This document shows, in pieces, positions 27,686 to 41,258 of a stretch of 64,000 nucleotides of DNA. The notes under the pieces are model-generated. The model saw only the letters and a program-made list of their open reading frames with translations, was not told the origin of the DNA and searched no databases. The stretch's first letter is position 1. Every line of letters starts with the position of its first letter. The DNA is from Octopus vulgaris (Eukaryota). The translations under genes and the position numbers were made by a program. The stretch is from positions 53,444,001-53,508,000 of the forward strand of contig OX597820.1 in assembly GCA_951406725.2 (NCBI GenBank), written 5' to 3'.

Positions 27686-27888
27686 CATACGACATTAAAA
27701 AATATACATAGATATATACATTGAAAAACAACACTTGTCTCCACCGTTGTTTTATGACTATTTATGAGTAAGCGAATAGATAACAATGTGTATTTTGTAT
27801 ACATATATGCATGCTTGTATGTATCTTTGTATGTATGTATGCATTTATCTACTTATACATACACACACACCTACACACACACCTACAC

Positions 27889-27925
<37 letters not shown>

Positions 27926-28228
27926 AATGAATATATATATAAGCGTATGAATGTATATGGCTGCATATATCGCTTTATACATACACACACACACTTATGG
28001 ATACTCACAGAATTTAGATATACACACATAGGTATACATATGTAGATTGTGTGTGTATGTGTGTGTTTGTGTGTCTGAGTGTGTAAACACAATATATCCT
28101 GCGAGATATGTGGGTGTGTGTGATGCAATATTTCCTACCAGATATGTGTGTGAGTGTGTGTGTGTGTGTGTTTGCGTGTGTGTGTGTGTGTATGTGTGTG
28201 TGTGTGCGTGTGTGTGTGTGCATATGTA

Positions 28229-29503
28229 TTGCGTTGGCTACTAAGTTCCTGCCGTTGTTTTAAATTAAATTTTTTTTTAAAGGTTTAATAAAAAAGAACT
28301 AATTAATCAATAATGTATTCACCTTTATTGTTTACAACTTCCTCCCAACGTTCAACAATATTTTCAATACTACGTTGGTAGAAATCACCCGATTTCTACA
28401 CGAAAAATTGATCCAACCAAGCTCTGAATTCTGCATCAGTATCGAACGAAACTCCGCGCATAGCATTTGAAAGAGATCGAAAGAGGTGGAAATACGTTGG
28501 TGCCAAATCAGGAGAGCACGGTTTGACAGCACTTCACAGCCATGCGTTTGAATGGCTTCCTTGGTCATATTGGCGATATAAGGGCAGGCAGCAGAAGAAC
28601 TCCAAGCTGCCAATTTGGTCTCTTCTCTTGAATGGCCATGTTGAGTCGTTCTATCTGTTGAACATAGAACTCCGCGTTGACCGTTTGGCTCCTTTCAAGC
28701 AATTCGTAATGGCTAATCTCTTCCCAGTCCCACCATACGCACAACATGGTTTTAAGCGGATGAAGATCTTTTTTCACGCGCTGTTTCGATTGTTTACCGG
28801 AGCTCAGACATTCCTTACGCTGCTTCATATTGATGTACAGGCACTATTTTTCGTCGCCAGTAGCGATTCGGTAAATAAATCGTTGCTTGTGTCCATGAGT
28901 TGAGCGGTGACGAGCAAGCACCACTAGCGGAGATTGTGGCTCGTTGATTTTTGTTATTGTCACTTAAAGCATGCGGAACGCATGCTCCATACTTCTGAAC
29001 CTTTCCCATCGAGTGAAGATGCCTCTCTTTAGCAGTGTGGGAGCATTCCATTTTCTCTGCCAGTTCCCTTGTCGTTTGACGAGAATTTTCTTGCAAAAAT
29101 TGGTTTAATCGCTCTTCATTGAACTCAACAGCACGGCTACAACGAATTCAAACTTTCCATTTTTGAACTTGACATACCCAATCGCGAGCGGTTCTTTCCG
29201 CTATGGCTCTTTCTCTATACACAGCACAAAGGTCACGAGCAGCTTTCGCGGCCTTAGACCCTTCATTAAAAGCAAAACGGAGGTGCTGAAAATGCTAGTT
29301 CTTCTTAACTTGACATTCTATTTTAATGATCGGAAAATAAACAAAAATTAACTAAAATTATCTAGAAAAAAAACACGAAAAACGAAATAGATTCCAAAAT
29401 GATTTAAAAATAGAATTCTCGAAAAACATAGATTCAAAAATTTAAAAACGTAATACATTCCAAAATTAAAAAAAAAACCGTGGGAACTTAGTTGCCAACC
29501 CAA
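28229..29503 (-). mobile_element. Full-length (1275 bp) mariner transposon with frameshifted transposase pseudogene
   Basis: TA-flanked TIRs TTG(G/C)GTTGGC(A/T)ACTAAGTTCC; RQTTRELAEKM, CVPHAL (WVPHEL motif), TGDEK, KTMLCVWWD and TVNAEFY in broken frames. Confidence 0.92.
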
Positions 29504-29525
29504 TATATATTTATATACATATAAC

Positions 29526-29632
<107 letters not shown>

Positions 29633-29672
29633 TAGATATATATAAATATATACATATATATATATACATACA

Positions 29673-29758
<86 letters not shown>

Positions 29759-30007
29759 ACTAGTCAACATAATGCGGTAGTCCTATACAGGAAAGCATTT
29801 TCCAGTTGGCCACCGTCACGCAGTTTGTACCTGTATGCAAGGGAGGTCATGGCTCCCATCTCTAGCCTTACATGCAACTCGCAGACCCAGGTTTCTCGTT
29901 AGTTAGCTGTCTTCTGTGTAAGACAATCACCGGCTATATGCATACATATATACATCTTTGAAGATTTGCCTATATACATATATGTACACATGCGTGTATT
30001 TATATGA

Positions 30008-30070
<63 letters not shown>

Positions 30071-30159
30071 TATGTATATAATATATATATGTTATATATA
30101 TATTATTATATGCATTTATGCATTTATATTCATGCACACCATACATACACACACACACA

Positions 30160-30206
<47 letters not shown>

Positions 30207-30399
30207 CAGATAAATGGTGCAATATTTTAAGCTGTATTGGGTTGCCGCCATTTTGGGATAAAGCCATAAAAATATTTTAGACGATGAAAACGACTCAAAG
30301 TATTATTTGATTTTTACAGGTTTACAATTAATTATGAAAACACACGTATGTTTGGTTATAAGCATGTATTAATATTTATATATGTTACCTTTTTAAGTG

Positions 30400-30553
30400 C
30401 ATGCGTGGCTGTGTTAAAAAGTTTGCCTGCCAACCAAATAGTCTTGGTTCATTCCCGTTATGTGACAACTCGAAAATATCTTACGCTATAATACCGCGCC
30501 GACCAAAGTTTTGTGAGTGGATATGGCAAATGGAAACTGAATGAAGCTGGTCA
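30400..30553 (+). mobile_element. SINE family A 5' half; its 3' half lies at 31389-31602
   Basis: gtggctgtg...gccgaccaaagttttgtgagtggatatggcaaatggaaactga. Confidence 0.7.
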
Positions 30554-30669
30554 AGCATTTATATATATATATATATATGTATGTATAAGGATGAAAAGGA
30601 ACACACGAGTTGATATATATGAAAAAACAAGTCAAGATAGAGAATGCTAAAATAATTTTATAAAGAACA

Positions 30670-30712
30670 TTTCAGTACCGGTTTCAGTCATTTGAGACTT
30701 TTTCAACTGTAA
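30670..30712 (-). ncRNA. Candidate minimal type I hammerhead ribozyme, U3-A8 core variant
   Basis: Minus strand: ttacag UUGAAAA agtc-tcaaat-gact GAAA ccgg UA ctgaaa. Confidence 0.5.
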
Positions 30713-30895
30713 CGATTAAATAATTAAATTTAGAAAAATTAAAAGAAAAGTTTTTTTAAAAGAATATTTGTATAGTGTTTAAGAGAGACAGAGAAAGGCA
30801 GAAACAAGGAAAATTCCACGTATATTTTAACACTATACAAATATTCTTTAAAAAAAACTTTTCTTTTAATTTTTCTAAATTTAATTATTTAACCG

Positions 30896-30938
30896 TTACA
30901 GTTGAAAATGTCTCAAGTGACTGAAACCGGTACTGGAA
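30896..30938 (+). ncRNA. Candidate minimal type I hammerhead ribozyme, second-arm copy
   Basis: ttacag UUGAAAA tgtc-tcaagt-gact GAAA ccgg UA ctggaa; first pair of stem II mismatched. Confidence 0.42.
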
Positions 30939-30983
30939 TGTTCTTTATAAAATTATTTTAGCATTCTCTATCTTGACTTGTTT

Positions 30984-31033
<50 letters not shown>

Positions 31034-31228
31034 CACGGACTTTGTCAGTGAACAGGTCGCGGATTTTAGCGACGAAAATATTTTGACGAATTAAACTTAA
31101 ATGTTGAAGTGAATCGAACGGCTTTTGTGTGTTTCTTAAATGGCTTATAAACACCTTCCACGCTGCAATTGTTTTCGTTTCAGCACACGATCTCAGATCA
31201 AATTACTTGCTATGCGAGTACATCTCCG

Positions 31229-31282
<54 letters not shown>

Positions 31283-31388
31283 GTATGTATGTATGTATGT
31301 ATGTATGTATGTATGTATGTATGTATGTATGTATGTATGTATGTATGCATGCATGCATGTATGTATATATATATATATATATATTTAT

Positions 31389-31602
31389 GTCGGTTTGCCT
31401 TCCTGTTCGAGTTTGTCCTCCATTGCTGCTTGATAAAGAGTGTAGGTTTTTCTGATGTCCCCGTAACTTAAAAGTTCAGCAAAAAGTAACCGATAGAATA
31501 AATAACAGGTTTATAACGAAGAGGCAATGAGGTCGATTTCTTCGACTAAACCCTTCACAGTTATGCCCCAGCATGACCGTAATTCAATGACTGAAACAAG
31601 TA
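31389..31602 (+). mobile_element. SINE family A 3' half
   Basis: gtccccgtaactta...ccgatagaataa...ccccagcatgaccg...aatgactgaaacaagta. Confidence 0.75.
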
Positions 31603-32402
31603 GATTGGGCCTATAATAGAAGGGAGTTGCCCTGCGTAGTATATTTTGGGAACGAACCAAAAACCGAATATTTACAAAGTACTGTCCCTATCACATATTG
31701 ATTGTACTAAGATATTTGAAAGATATTTTCCGAAAGCATTCATGAAATAGCACAGAACAGAACATGACAAACAGAATTTCTGCTTGCCAAATATTTTACG
31801 TAGAAGGAGAAAATAAATTATAAAAAATGATAATAAATGAAACAAATTGTTGAACTGAACTTTGCTATGATAAAGGTTACAGTGAACTTTAAACATCACT
31901 CAAGTGGACAAACATTTTCATTTGATATTTCAGAATATGATTCTCATTCAGTTTATTAAGTTTATATTGATTTGAATTCCCTGAAAACGATGTCATGATT
32001 ATCAGATGAAAGACATTACTAAAAATATCTTCCTTAATTTCTTGTATGCGTGTGTATGGCGCTGGTGTGTGGGTAGTGGTATTTGAGCGTGTTGGCGCAT
32101 GTATATGCACTAATGTATGTGCGTGTGTGTACAGGGCTATGTGAAGTATCTAATTAAGATATTAAGGCAAAAGGGATCAAAAATTTTCTCGGGCACACGT
32201 TCATACACAAAAATGTACGCACGCACAAAGAAACATTTGCATATATCTGTAAGCAAAATCAAACAAATATACATATCACACTCACATAAACACAGATGTA
32301 TAAACCATGTGTGTATGTGTGTGTGTGTGTTTCATATGCAAAGAGAGAGAAGATAGATAGAGAGGTAGTTATGCTATTGTTGGCAAATCACACGTCACAC
32401 TG

Positions 32403-32635
32403 TACGCTATGGATTGCTGATAAATTCATGGCTTTAGATAAAAGAGAATATAGGAGGATTAGTTAATGTATATCATTAATGATATCATTCAACATATTCT
32501 CCTCCCAGATTTACACACGTATTGCAACAGACTTTCAGCTTTTCTTAACCCCGTAAAAGAACTCAGGTGGTTCGACCTGCATCCAGGCCTTTCGCGACAG
32601 CTTTAATGTCAAGAAATTTTCAGCACCCTCTCGTA
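32403..32635 (-). mobile_element. Mariner-derived MITE, same family as 6477-6710
   Basis: TA-flanked degenerate TIRs (..ttgctgataaattcatggcttta / aagaaattttcagcaccctctcgTA); interior homologous to 6477-6710 in the opposite orientation. Confidence 0.7.
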
Positions 32636-34113
32636 CTTCTTGTACTGATCGTTATTGTTGATCTCGAGCCATGCGTGAGTACAGGCATCAACAATATTAG
32701 TCGACTATATGAGACCCTCAAGATATTTCACTTTGGTAGATATCTCACTCTAGTAGATATTTCATTCTGGTACATGATCTGGGTATGATTTTAAACTGTA
32801 TCTAGTAGTGAGGTCCTGGTTTATGAGTTCAACGTTTTGAGAATTTGGAGCTGAGCCATTATTGTTCCGAGGTTCACTCTAACCCAGAGTTCTATCATCT
32901 ACCAGGGTCCGAAATATGGATTCATTAGAACGTTATAGTGTTTCCTCACAGACACCCCAATGGACCCATAGCAGACAAAGTACTTCAGTTCTTCATCTAT
33001 TCATCTAAGTGAAAGTAACTGCACACAACTCCTGCGTTCTGATATCTACTAGGCTCATATCAAATGCTGCATCAGACCAATACAAGTTTGAAGAACAAGA
33101 GAACGAGCCTGATACTCCACAAACCATGCCCGGTACAATAATATTCATTATGCACGTTGTTCAGCAAACCAAGACGCCAACACTAACCCCATCACACTTG
33201 CTCGGTTACTAGTTGTGCGACTCGAATTTTCTAAGTTCTCACCACTTCATTGATTTTGTCGCGTCCTTTAAGATGTTTTTATCCTCTCACGATTTCTTTT
33301 CTCAAATACCTCTCTTGTTGAACTCTCCCCGATTTGTTTCCTACATAAATATATTATTTACTCTTTTGAAACTTGCAATAGTCGTTTTATGATTAGTGCG
33401 GCTTCTTTGTGTAGGTATTTTTTTCATTACTTTGTAATCTCCAACAGCTTGTCGCTTGTCACTTTACTAGAAGTGAGTACTTCTATAAGATAAATGCATA
33501 TTTTTCAATACAATACACTATAGATGTAGCTGTATATTTAACATATTAGTTCCACTTTGATATAGTGACTAATACTTACATTCATCTCTGCTAATCTCTA
33601 ACATCCCACGATTATTACATTCCAAATTTAATTTTCACTTCTCGACAGAATCATATTCATATATAGAAATCCTACGCATGCAGCCAGAAGCGCCTTTTTA
33701 GATGCAATCTAATTACCTACACACATAAATCTTTCATTTCGCATTTCAAATCTGATTTCCTTCCGAGGGTAACTTCACTACATATTCCTCTATAGCAAGT
33801 GAACAATTATGCTTATCATTCTTACCATTCTAACCATACAGATTTCAATCTTCCCTTTTATAAAAAAGACAATATGTTAAAACCACCCACTCTTTATTAC
33901 AATCTACTTTTAAAAGCAAAGTGTTGTATCTAAACTTATAACAATTCGTAAATGATATACCATATTACTAATAACCAAATAACAATATTACTATAACCTA
34001 ATAACTTCAATGAAGCACATATTACTTCTCTACTTGATCACGCAAAGTATCAATTGTGATCTACAAGACAATTATGATCCAGCTTGTATACATCATGTCC
34101 CTTGATATATACA

Positions 34114-34222
<109 letters not shown>

Positions 34223-34596
34223 AATGTTCATTCCACCCAATCTAAGACCTTATCATCTTAGTTATCATACACATCACCCTGAATTTTGTCAGTTACTACT
34301 ATAGTTAAACATTTCTTTCATTTTTCTAGGATCAATCTCAGTGTATAAGATTTTATATTGTGACCAAGTTAACTTTTACTGATGTAATTTTATTTTATTT
34401 TATTTATTTTATTTTTTTTTTTTGCTTTATCTGCTTCCTTAAGGTATGAAATATTAATTTATTCCAAATCTCGTATTGAGTTCTTTGTCACATAAAGTTT
34501 AACCACTGATATAACAGATACCGACATATGCTAAACAGCTGCACTATTACTGCATACACAGAGGAGTGGATAGACTTGTGCGAGCTTATATATACA

Positions 34597-34640
<44 letters not shown>

Positions 34641-35001
34641 TATATATATATATATTTATATATAGTTATATATATATATATGTTCATATCTATATGTATA
34701 TATATATATTTACATATATATATATATATATACTTATATATATGTATATCTATATATATATATATATATAGACACATATACACATACATATATACATACA
34801 TGAATACGTATAGTTATATATATATATATATAATCGCGCATATATGTATGACACACGCATAAAAAAACACTTGCTTACGTTGCTAATATAGGAAGAATCG
34901 ACGAATGTTTTCAGCATATATAAGAGAGTACATAAGAATTAAAAAGTTATATGTTTGCATATTTTGTGTGCTTGTGAGTCTGTGTGTGTATGTGTGTGTG
35001 C

Positions 35002-35052
<51 letters not shown>

Positions 35053-35389
35053 TGTGTGTATCTGTTTCTGTATGTCTTTCTGAATTTTCTCTTTGTTTTT
35101 CTTTTTTTTTTTTTTTTTTTTTTCCTCGTCTGTGCGTCTTTTCACAGCTGATTTTATTCTCTTCCACATCAAAGCTAAATTTTCTGTAAAACACCCCAAA
35201 GCCAGTTGTGAGTAATCTCTTCAAAATATTACATTTGTCAGTCATAATTATATTTGTTTCGTCTTTAGAATTTTTAAAGCGGACTTTGAAGTCCAGTTTT
35301 ATTTCTTTTTGCATTACATTCCGAACTAAATCTGCAACAGTGCATTTTTTCTCTCATTCTTTATTAGTGTTTCTGATGTTTGCTAGCAA

Positions 35390-35497
35390 CAAAATAATAA
35401 AAATAATAACAACAACAACCACAGCAATCATAATAATTATAAAAATAATGATAATAGTAATAATAATAGTAATAATGATAATAATAATAACAACAAC

Positions 35498-35587
<90 letters not shown>

Positions 35588-35642
35588 TATCATTATTATT
35601 ATTATTATTATTATTAAAACAATACTAATAATGATAATAATA
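35390..35642. repeat. (AAT)n microsatellite switching to (ATT)n
   Basis: Direct reading. Confidence 0.95.
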
Positions 35643-35996
35643 AAAGTTATCTAAGTGTTCCCCGTGAAAAAAAATTTGAAGAAAAAAAAAACATTTTAGT
35701 AACTAATTATTCGGCTTCTCTTCCAGCAGCTTATGACGTGTAAGGGACCGGTTTTGAATGTTGATAACTCTCGTGTTATAGTGGCGGTTAAATCTGGTTT
35801 ATCTGAGAGACAGATACACTTTCAAACACACACACACACATACATTCACACAAACATGTACACACATACCCACCTGCTATAATTTGCATTGGCTTAATAA
35901 TGAGTGTTGGCCAGGTGATATCGCTTCTTAGAGGTGCTAAGTTTCCATCGTGCCCTAACAATAAGTTCCTGTCACAGAATAGCAGACATAAGCACG

Positions 35997-36031
<35 letters not shown>

Positions 36032-36383
36032 CCACGCACACATACATACACACATACATACACACATACATACATACACAGACACACACACACACACACA
36101 TACATACATACATACATACATACATACATACATACATACATACATACATACATACATACATACATACATACATACATACACACACACATACATACATACA
36201 GAGTGACGGACAGATCAGCACACCTGCCGCTCACACACACTTGCTACCTTTTATTCTGCTAAATAGTATTGGTCCCAAGCTCTTCTGAGAAACAATAACT
36301 ACCTACTTCTCAGTAATGTTAAGATGCCGCTGTCCAGCTGCAACCATGCTTTGCCATAGAACTACAAACACGCACGTATACAC

Positions 36384-36833
36384 ATAGGCGCAGGAGTGGC
36401 TGTGTGGTAAGTAGCTTGCTAACCAGCCACATGGTTCCGGGTTCAGTCCCACTGCGCGATATCTTGGGCAAGTGTCTTCTGCTATAGCCCCGGGCCGACC
36501 AATGCCTTGTGAGTGGATTTGGTAGACGGAAACTGAAAGAAGCCTGTCGTATATATGTATATATATGTATATGTATGTGTGTGTATTTGTGTGTTTGTGT
36601 TTACCCCCTAGCATTGCTTGACAACCGATGCTGGTGTGTTTACGTCCCCGTCAATTAGCGGTTCGGCAAAAGAGGCCGATAGAATAAGTACGGGCCTTAC
36701 AAAGAATAAGTCCCGGGGTCGATTTGCTCCAGCATGGCCGCAGTCAAATGACTGAAACAAGTAAAATAGTAAAAGAGAGTAAAGAGTAATACGTAAACAA
36801 GTAAAATAGTAAAAGAGAGTAAAGAGTAATACG
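36384..36833 (+). mobile_element. SINE family A, near full length, tail duplicated
   Basis: ggcgcaggagtggctgtgtggtaag A-box, gggttcagtccc B-box; 40-bp tail unit aaacaagtaaaatagtaaaagagagtaaagagtaatacgt present twice. Confidence 0.92.
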
Positions 36834-37950
36834 TACACCTCCCAAATCAATGTGTGCGTGCGTGCGTGCGTACGTATGTTGTCCTAGGTATGGCTTTGAG
36901 CTGCATCTAGTAGTGGGGCCCTGGTTTGGGATTGCAGTGTTTTACTGAGTATGGAAGCAAATCTTAGTCACTTCAGTTCCCGGTCTACTCTCAGCTGGAG
37001 TAGGAGCATCTGTCAGGGTCTCAGTAATGGATTAATATGCGTATGAGCGCTTGCCTTCTTATGCATGTAAATCATGGATCTAGTAGACTCTGTGGAAGAA
37101 ACCTGCATGATTCAAAACAGGGGAAGGCGTTTGTAGCAACGTTTTGTGGTGTGCAGAAAACAAAAGTGAAGCAAGAAAAGCATCTTGATCGTCCATTGCA
37201 TCTATTTTCATCCCTAGTCGTGTTGATCTGGTCTTACCAAAAGATCCAAGACAGTCACGGACAAGAGAGTGAGGCTGAAAATACACAACTTCACTTCAGT
37301 TTTAACAAAGTTACCGCTTAAATCATGTCCAACGGCCGAACTTGTGTGCATATATGCCTTTGCGTTTGTGTGCGTACATTTGTGTGTGTGTCCTGTTACT
37401 CAGTGTTACCCATGAAATCCTAATTCTAATCGGTAAGTTAGTAGATTAGTAATCCTATATATTCGTAATGATGTTCGGATCTCAATTTTAAGAGATCCTT
37501 ATGCCACGCCGTTTGTTTTGTAAATTCCAGAAGTTTCTACTTCCAAGTGCGATAGAAATATTTACCATGGTTTTCGAGTAAGAACGTTCAACAAATTTTA
37601 AGTCCCAGAGTTGGAGAACACCACAGTATGAGGGTTAAATTCCACTCCCAAGCTTCCAGATAGCTTGTTATTAAGGATGTGGTAATGTAAATACGGTCAC
37701 GTGGAAGGAAGGAAGAGTGGTAGGGGCAGCGGGATTGAAGGATTAGAAAAAAATCAAAGACACAAAAGGAACGGTACAGGGGAGATAAACGAGGAGGAAA
37801 AGTGGGAGTTAAAGAATGAGAGGGCCAAGAAATGTGAGAAAGAGGAGTGAGAAGAAGAAAAGAGGAAGAAATTATGAGGGGGACTAAAAGATAGAGTAAA
37901 AGAGTCGTACAAAATTTAGATACATACTTACTATAAGGTGAGCAAAAGTG

Positions 37951-38040
37951 TACGTACACCGCTATATGTAGATATAAATATACGTACGCCGTTATATGTA
38001 TATATAAATATACATAAGCCGCTATATGGATATATAAATA
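37951..38040. repeat. 30-bp minisatellite, 3 copies
   Basis: tacgtac(a/g)ccg(c/t)tatatgta(g/t)atataaata-like unit repeated three times. Confidence 0.85.
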
Positions 38041-39067
38041 TAAAAAATGGAACAAAAGTGCAATACAGGACAATAAAACACCCGGACAAATAGACGATAC
38101 AAAGGTGAACAGGAAAAATATCAATTAGAGGGACAGGAAAAAAGGACTGGTCATTCGTGGCCATCTTTAGTCATTCAAATTACCAGATTCCTTATGCATA
38201 TAAAACTGTTTATTTCACGTCTCTCCAGTCAATTTGGCTGGCAAAAGTGAGTAATCCCGCGAGGGACCAGCGTTCCAATCAGGCCTGGAATATGGACGTG
38301 AGAGAATACTAGAACCGGGCTTATGAACCTTTTGCTTGGGCGGGAATCTTATCCTTTCTTTATCTTTTATTTTTATTGGGAGCTACAACACTGGGAGCCG
38401 AAATCAGGAGCCTTCACCTTATCGTTCAACCTGTTAGAAACACCTGCCAAATTTCCCTCAAATACGACCTAACCGTTAGGCTTAAGTGAAAATCATATTA
38501 GTTAATGAATTCTGTCAAATGTAAGACGAGTAAATACAAATATAATACTTTCACTCATTTTATCTACATTTTCTGGTTTAACCTATGAATACCTTGAGGA
38601 AAAAAGTAAAGCAAAGATTTCAGTAAAGTCTATGAAAATGGTTGATGAATTTACAAATTGGATTAAATAGCAACTGATTCTGTGAGGATTTACTGTAGTT
38701 TTTCAGCTGTTAAAGTCTCTATTCATCTATTTATATCAACAACGAATTGTGAACGATCGGTTAAGTACAATTCATAGAAACATTCTCTGGATTAAGATAT
38801 ATACAGCTGAACAATTACAAATTTATAGAAAAATTCAAAACTGAAGTTCTATGTAGGGAAAAAAACATTGATAAAACTAATGTACGGATTCGGCAGGAGG
38901 ATAATAAAAATGATAAATCCGTTTTAGTTTTGCAATTATGGTTTTAGAATTTTGATGGATTACATACACACACACACACATAGATGTATACATATATATA
39001 TACATGCATAATATATGTATACAGACATAAATATATATATTTATATATATATATACATATACACATG

Positions 39068-39128
<61 letters not shown>

Positions 39129-39142
39129 AGAGAGAGAGAGAG

Positions 39143-39207
<65 letters not shown>

Positions 39208-39838
39208 TGTGTGTGTGTGTGTGTGTGTGAGTGTATAATCCACCACAAAGCTAAAAACATGTATATATGAAGGATGTTTCCATGAAGTGATTCGTATCAA
39301 AAAAATTTTCCAATTTATTTTTCGAAATTCAAATGAGAAAATAGGGATATGGGAGAAAATAAATTTTGTATAAACATATATGTCACACAGAAGATAGGTC
39401 CGATAAATGAAGTTGAAAAATGGAGTCGAAACCATCTGAAAATGACAGTTAGAATTATTGTATATATTTTTTTTAAAGTTTTCAAGAGAATAAATAATGG
39501 CTTTTAGTTATAGACTTAATTACAAATTTTTCGTATGAGACAGTAAGACAATCCATTGCAGCAAAGTTTATGAATAAAGAGAATGATGACACGTGACACA
39601 CATAACTGGCCGAAAAAGAAATACATGATTGTTTGCGCGGGCGTACGTGTGTCTAAGTGTATATACATTCATATCTGTGCGCGCTTGTGTCAATATATAT
39701 ATATATACACATACACACATACATGTGTTACACCTACATAGACACACATGCATATATATATGCATATATATGTATATATATATATATACATATATGTGTA
39801 TATATATATATATATATACATGAGTATATATATATACA

Positions 39839-39890
<52 letters not shown>

Positions 39891-39957
39891 GTGTGTGTGT
39901 GTGTGTATGTGTATGTATATATATATATATATATGTACCTATTCATATTTATATATA

Positions 39958-40430
39958 CAATAATCCCTCGACTATTGCAGATGTTACATTTCAAAATCCC
40001 CATGCAAAAGGTGAAAATGCACGAGGTAGAGACAGTATTATACTATATAGTCTTTTTTATTATTTTTATAATTTGTATATATTTATATTAACATAAATGC
40101 AAAAGAACGCCACACACTCACCTCCCGAGTTTCGTTTTCCATACAGTATGTGCAGTTATTTGTTTACTCATCTACACTACATTACGGTATATGTCTTTTA
40201 GTATATTTTAATTAATGTGTTATACAGTGTAGTACTTTACTGTATTTTTAGTTATTTGTTTTTAGGCGTGAAAATGTTTATTTTACTGCAAAAGTAATTA
40301 AGATCTAAAAAAATTATAAATACCTATCGGCTGCAGAAACCCGCGATATAAATTTGCATATATTAGCCAGAAAGCTCCGTGATGTACTGAGAGTGAGATA
40401 GCTGAACCGCGATATTGCGAATGATTATTG
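39958..40430. mobile_element. Tigger/pogo-type MITE
   Basis: TA-caataatccctcgactattgc ... ccgcgatattgcgaatgattattg-TA imperfect TIRs; a similar terminus recurs at 40627. Confidence 0.65.
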
Positions 40431-40744
40431 TATGTACGTATTGATTCGTAAAATCGTTAATGGAAATATAGAGGGAAACATCTTTAAGTAAATAGTCAAA
40501 CAGATGCAAAAGAAGTTAGCTATATGTTTGTCAGCTGAGTGAGAGATATACATATAAATAAAGGATTAGGTAGCAATAGCGGGAGAGAAAGGTAAACACA
40601 TATATACATCTATAGCTAGAGAGATATAGTAATCCCTCTTCATATCACGGTTCACTTATCGCGGTTTAAGCTTACGTTGATTCCTACATAGTGTTATTTT
40701 GCATTTATAATAAAATAAATACACACACACCCACACACACAGAT

Positions 40745-40911
40745 ATACGACGGACTTTTTATAGTTTCTATCTACTAAATCCACTCACAAGGCTTTGGCT
40801 GACCCGAGGCTATAGAAGAAGTCACTTAGCGAAGGTACCACGGAGTGGGACTGAACCTTGAAGCATATGATTGGGAAGCAAACCTCTTACCACACAGTGA
40901 CATATGTGCCT
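40745..40911 (-). mobile_element. SINE family A 5' half
   Basis: aaatccactcacaaggctttgg...gtgggactgaacc...cttaccacacag. Confidence 0.8.
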
Positions 40912-41206
40912 CCGGAGAAAATAATTTGAAGGAAATAAAACACAAAGTGGCGGAGAGACTAGACGCAGACCTATAGTGAAAGAGAAAGTCATTGATGAGT
41001 TCGGCAATGGTGACGGAAGGACCATGACTTACGTAGCTGATTTAGTGAATGACCGAACGATTAAGCAATGAATTATTTAATTGCTTAAGTGTTGATGAAT
41101 TGACAAGTAATGAAGAACTGAAAATGAACCAGTTGCATAATGACCCTCCCGAGATATAACAAAAACATTTGCCTTTCAGACAAAAGGGTTAGCCCGCAAC
41201 CTCATT

Positions 41207-41258
<52 letters not shown>

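Larger units (their letters stand above)
30621..30987. mobile_element. Fold-back element (159-bp inverted arms, 49-bp spacer) in a TA tract; possibly a Penelope-like inverted terminus or a MITE
   Basis: 30621-30779 is the near-perfect reverse complement of 30829-30987; TA repeats on both sides. Confidence 0.85.

Noticed and set aside
36880-37300. Possible decayed RTE 3' region on the minus strand
   Set aside because: No clear motif recovered by eye
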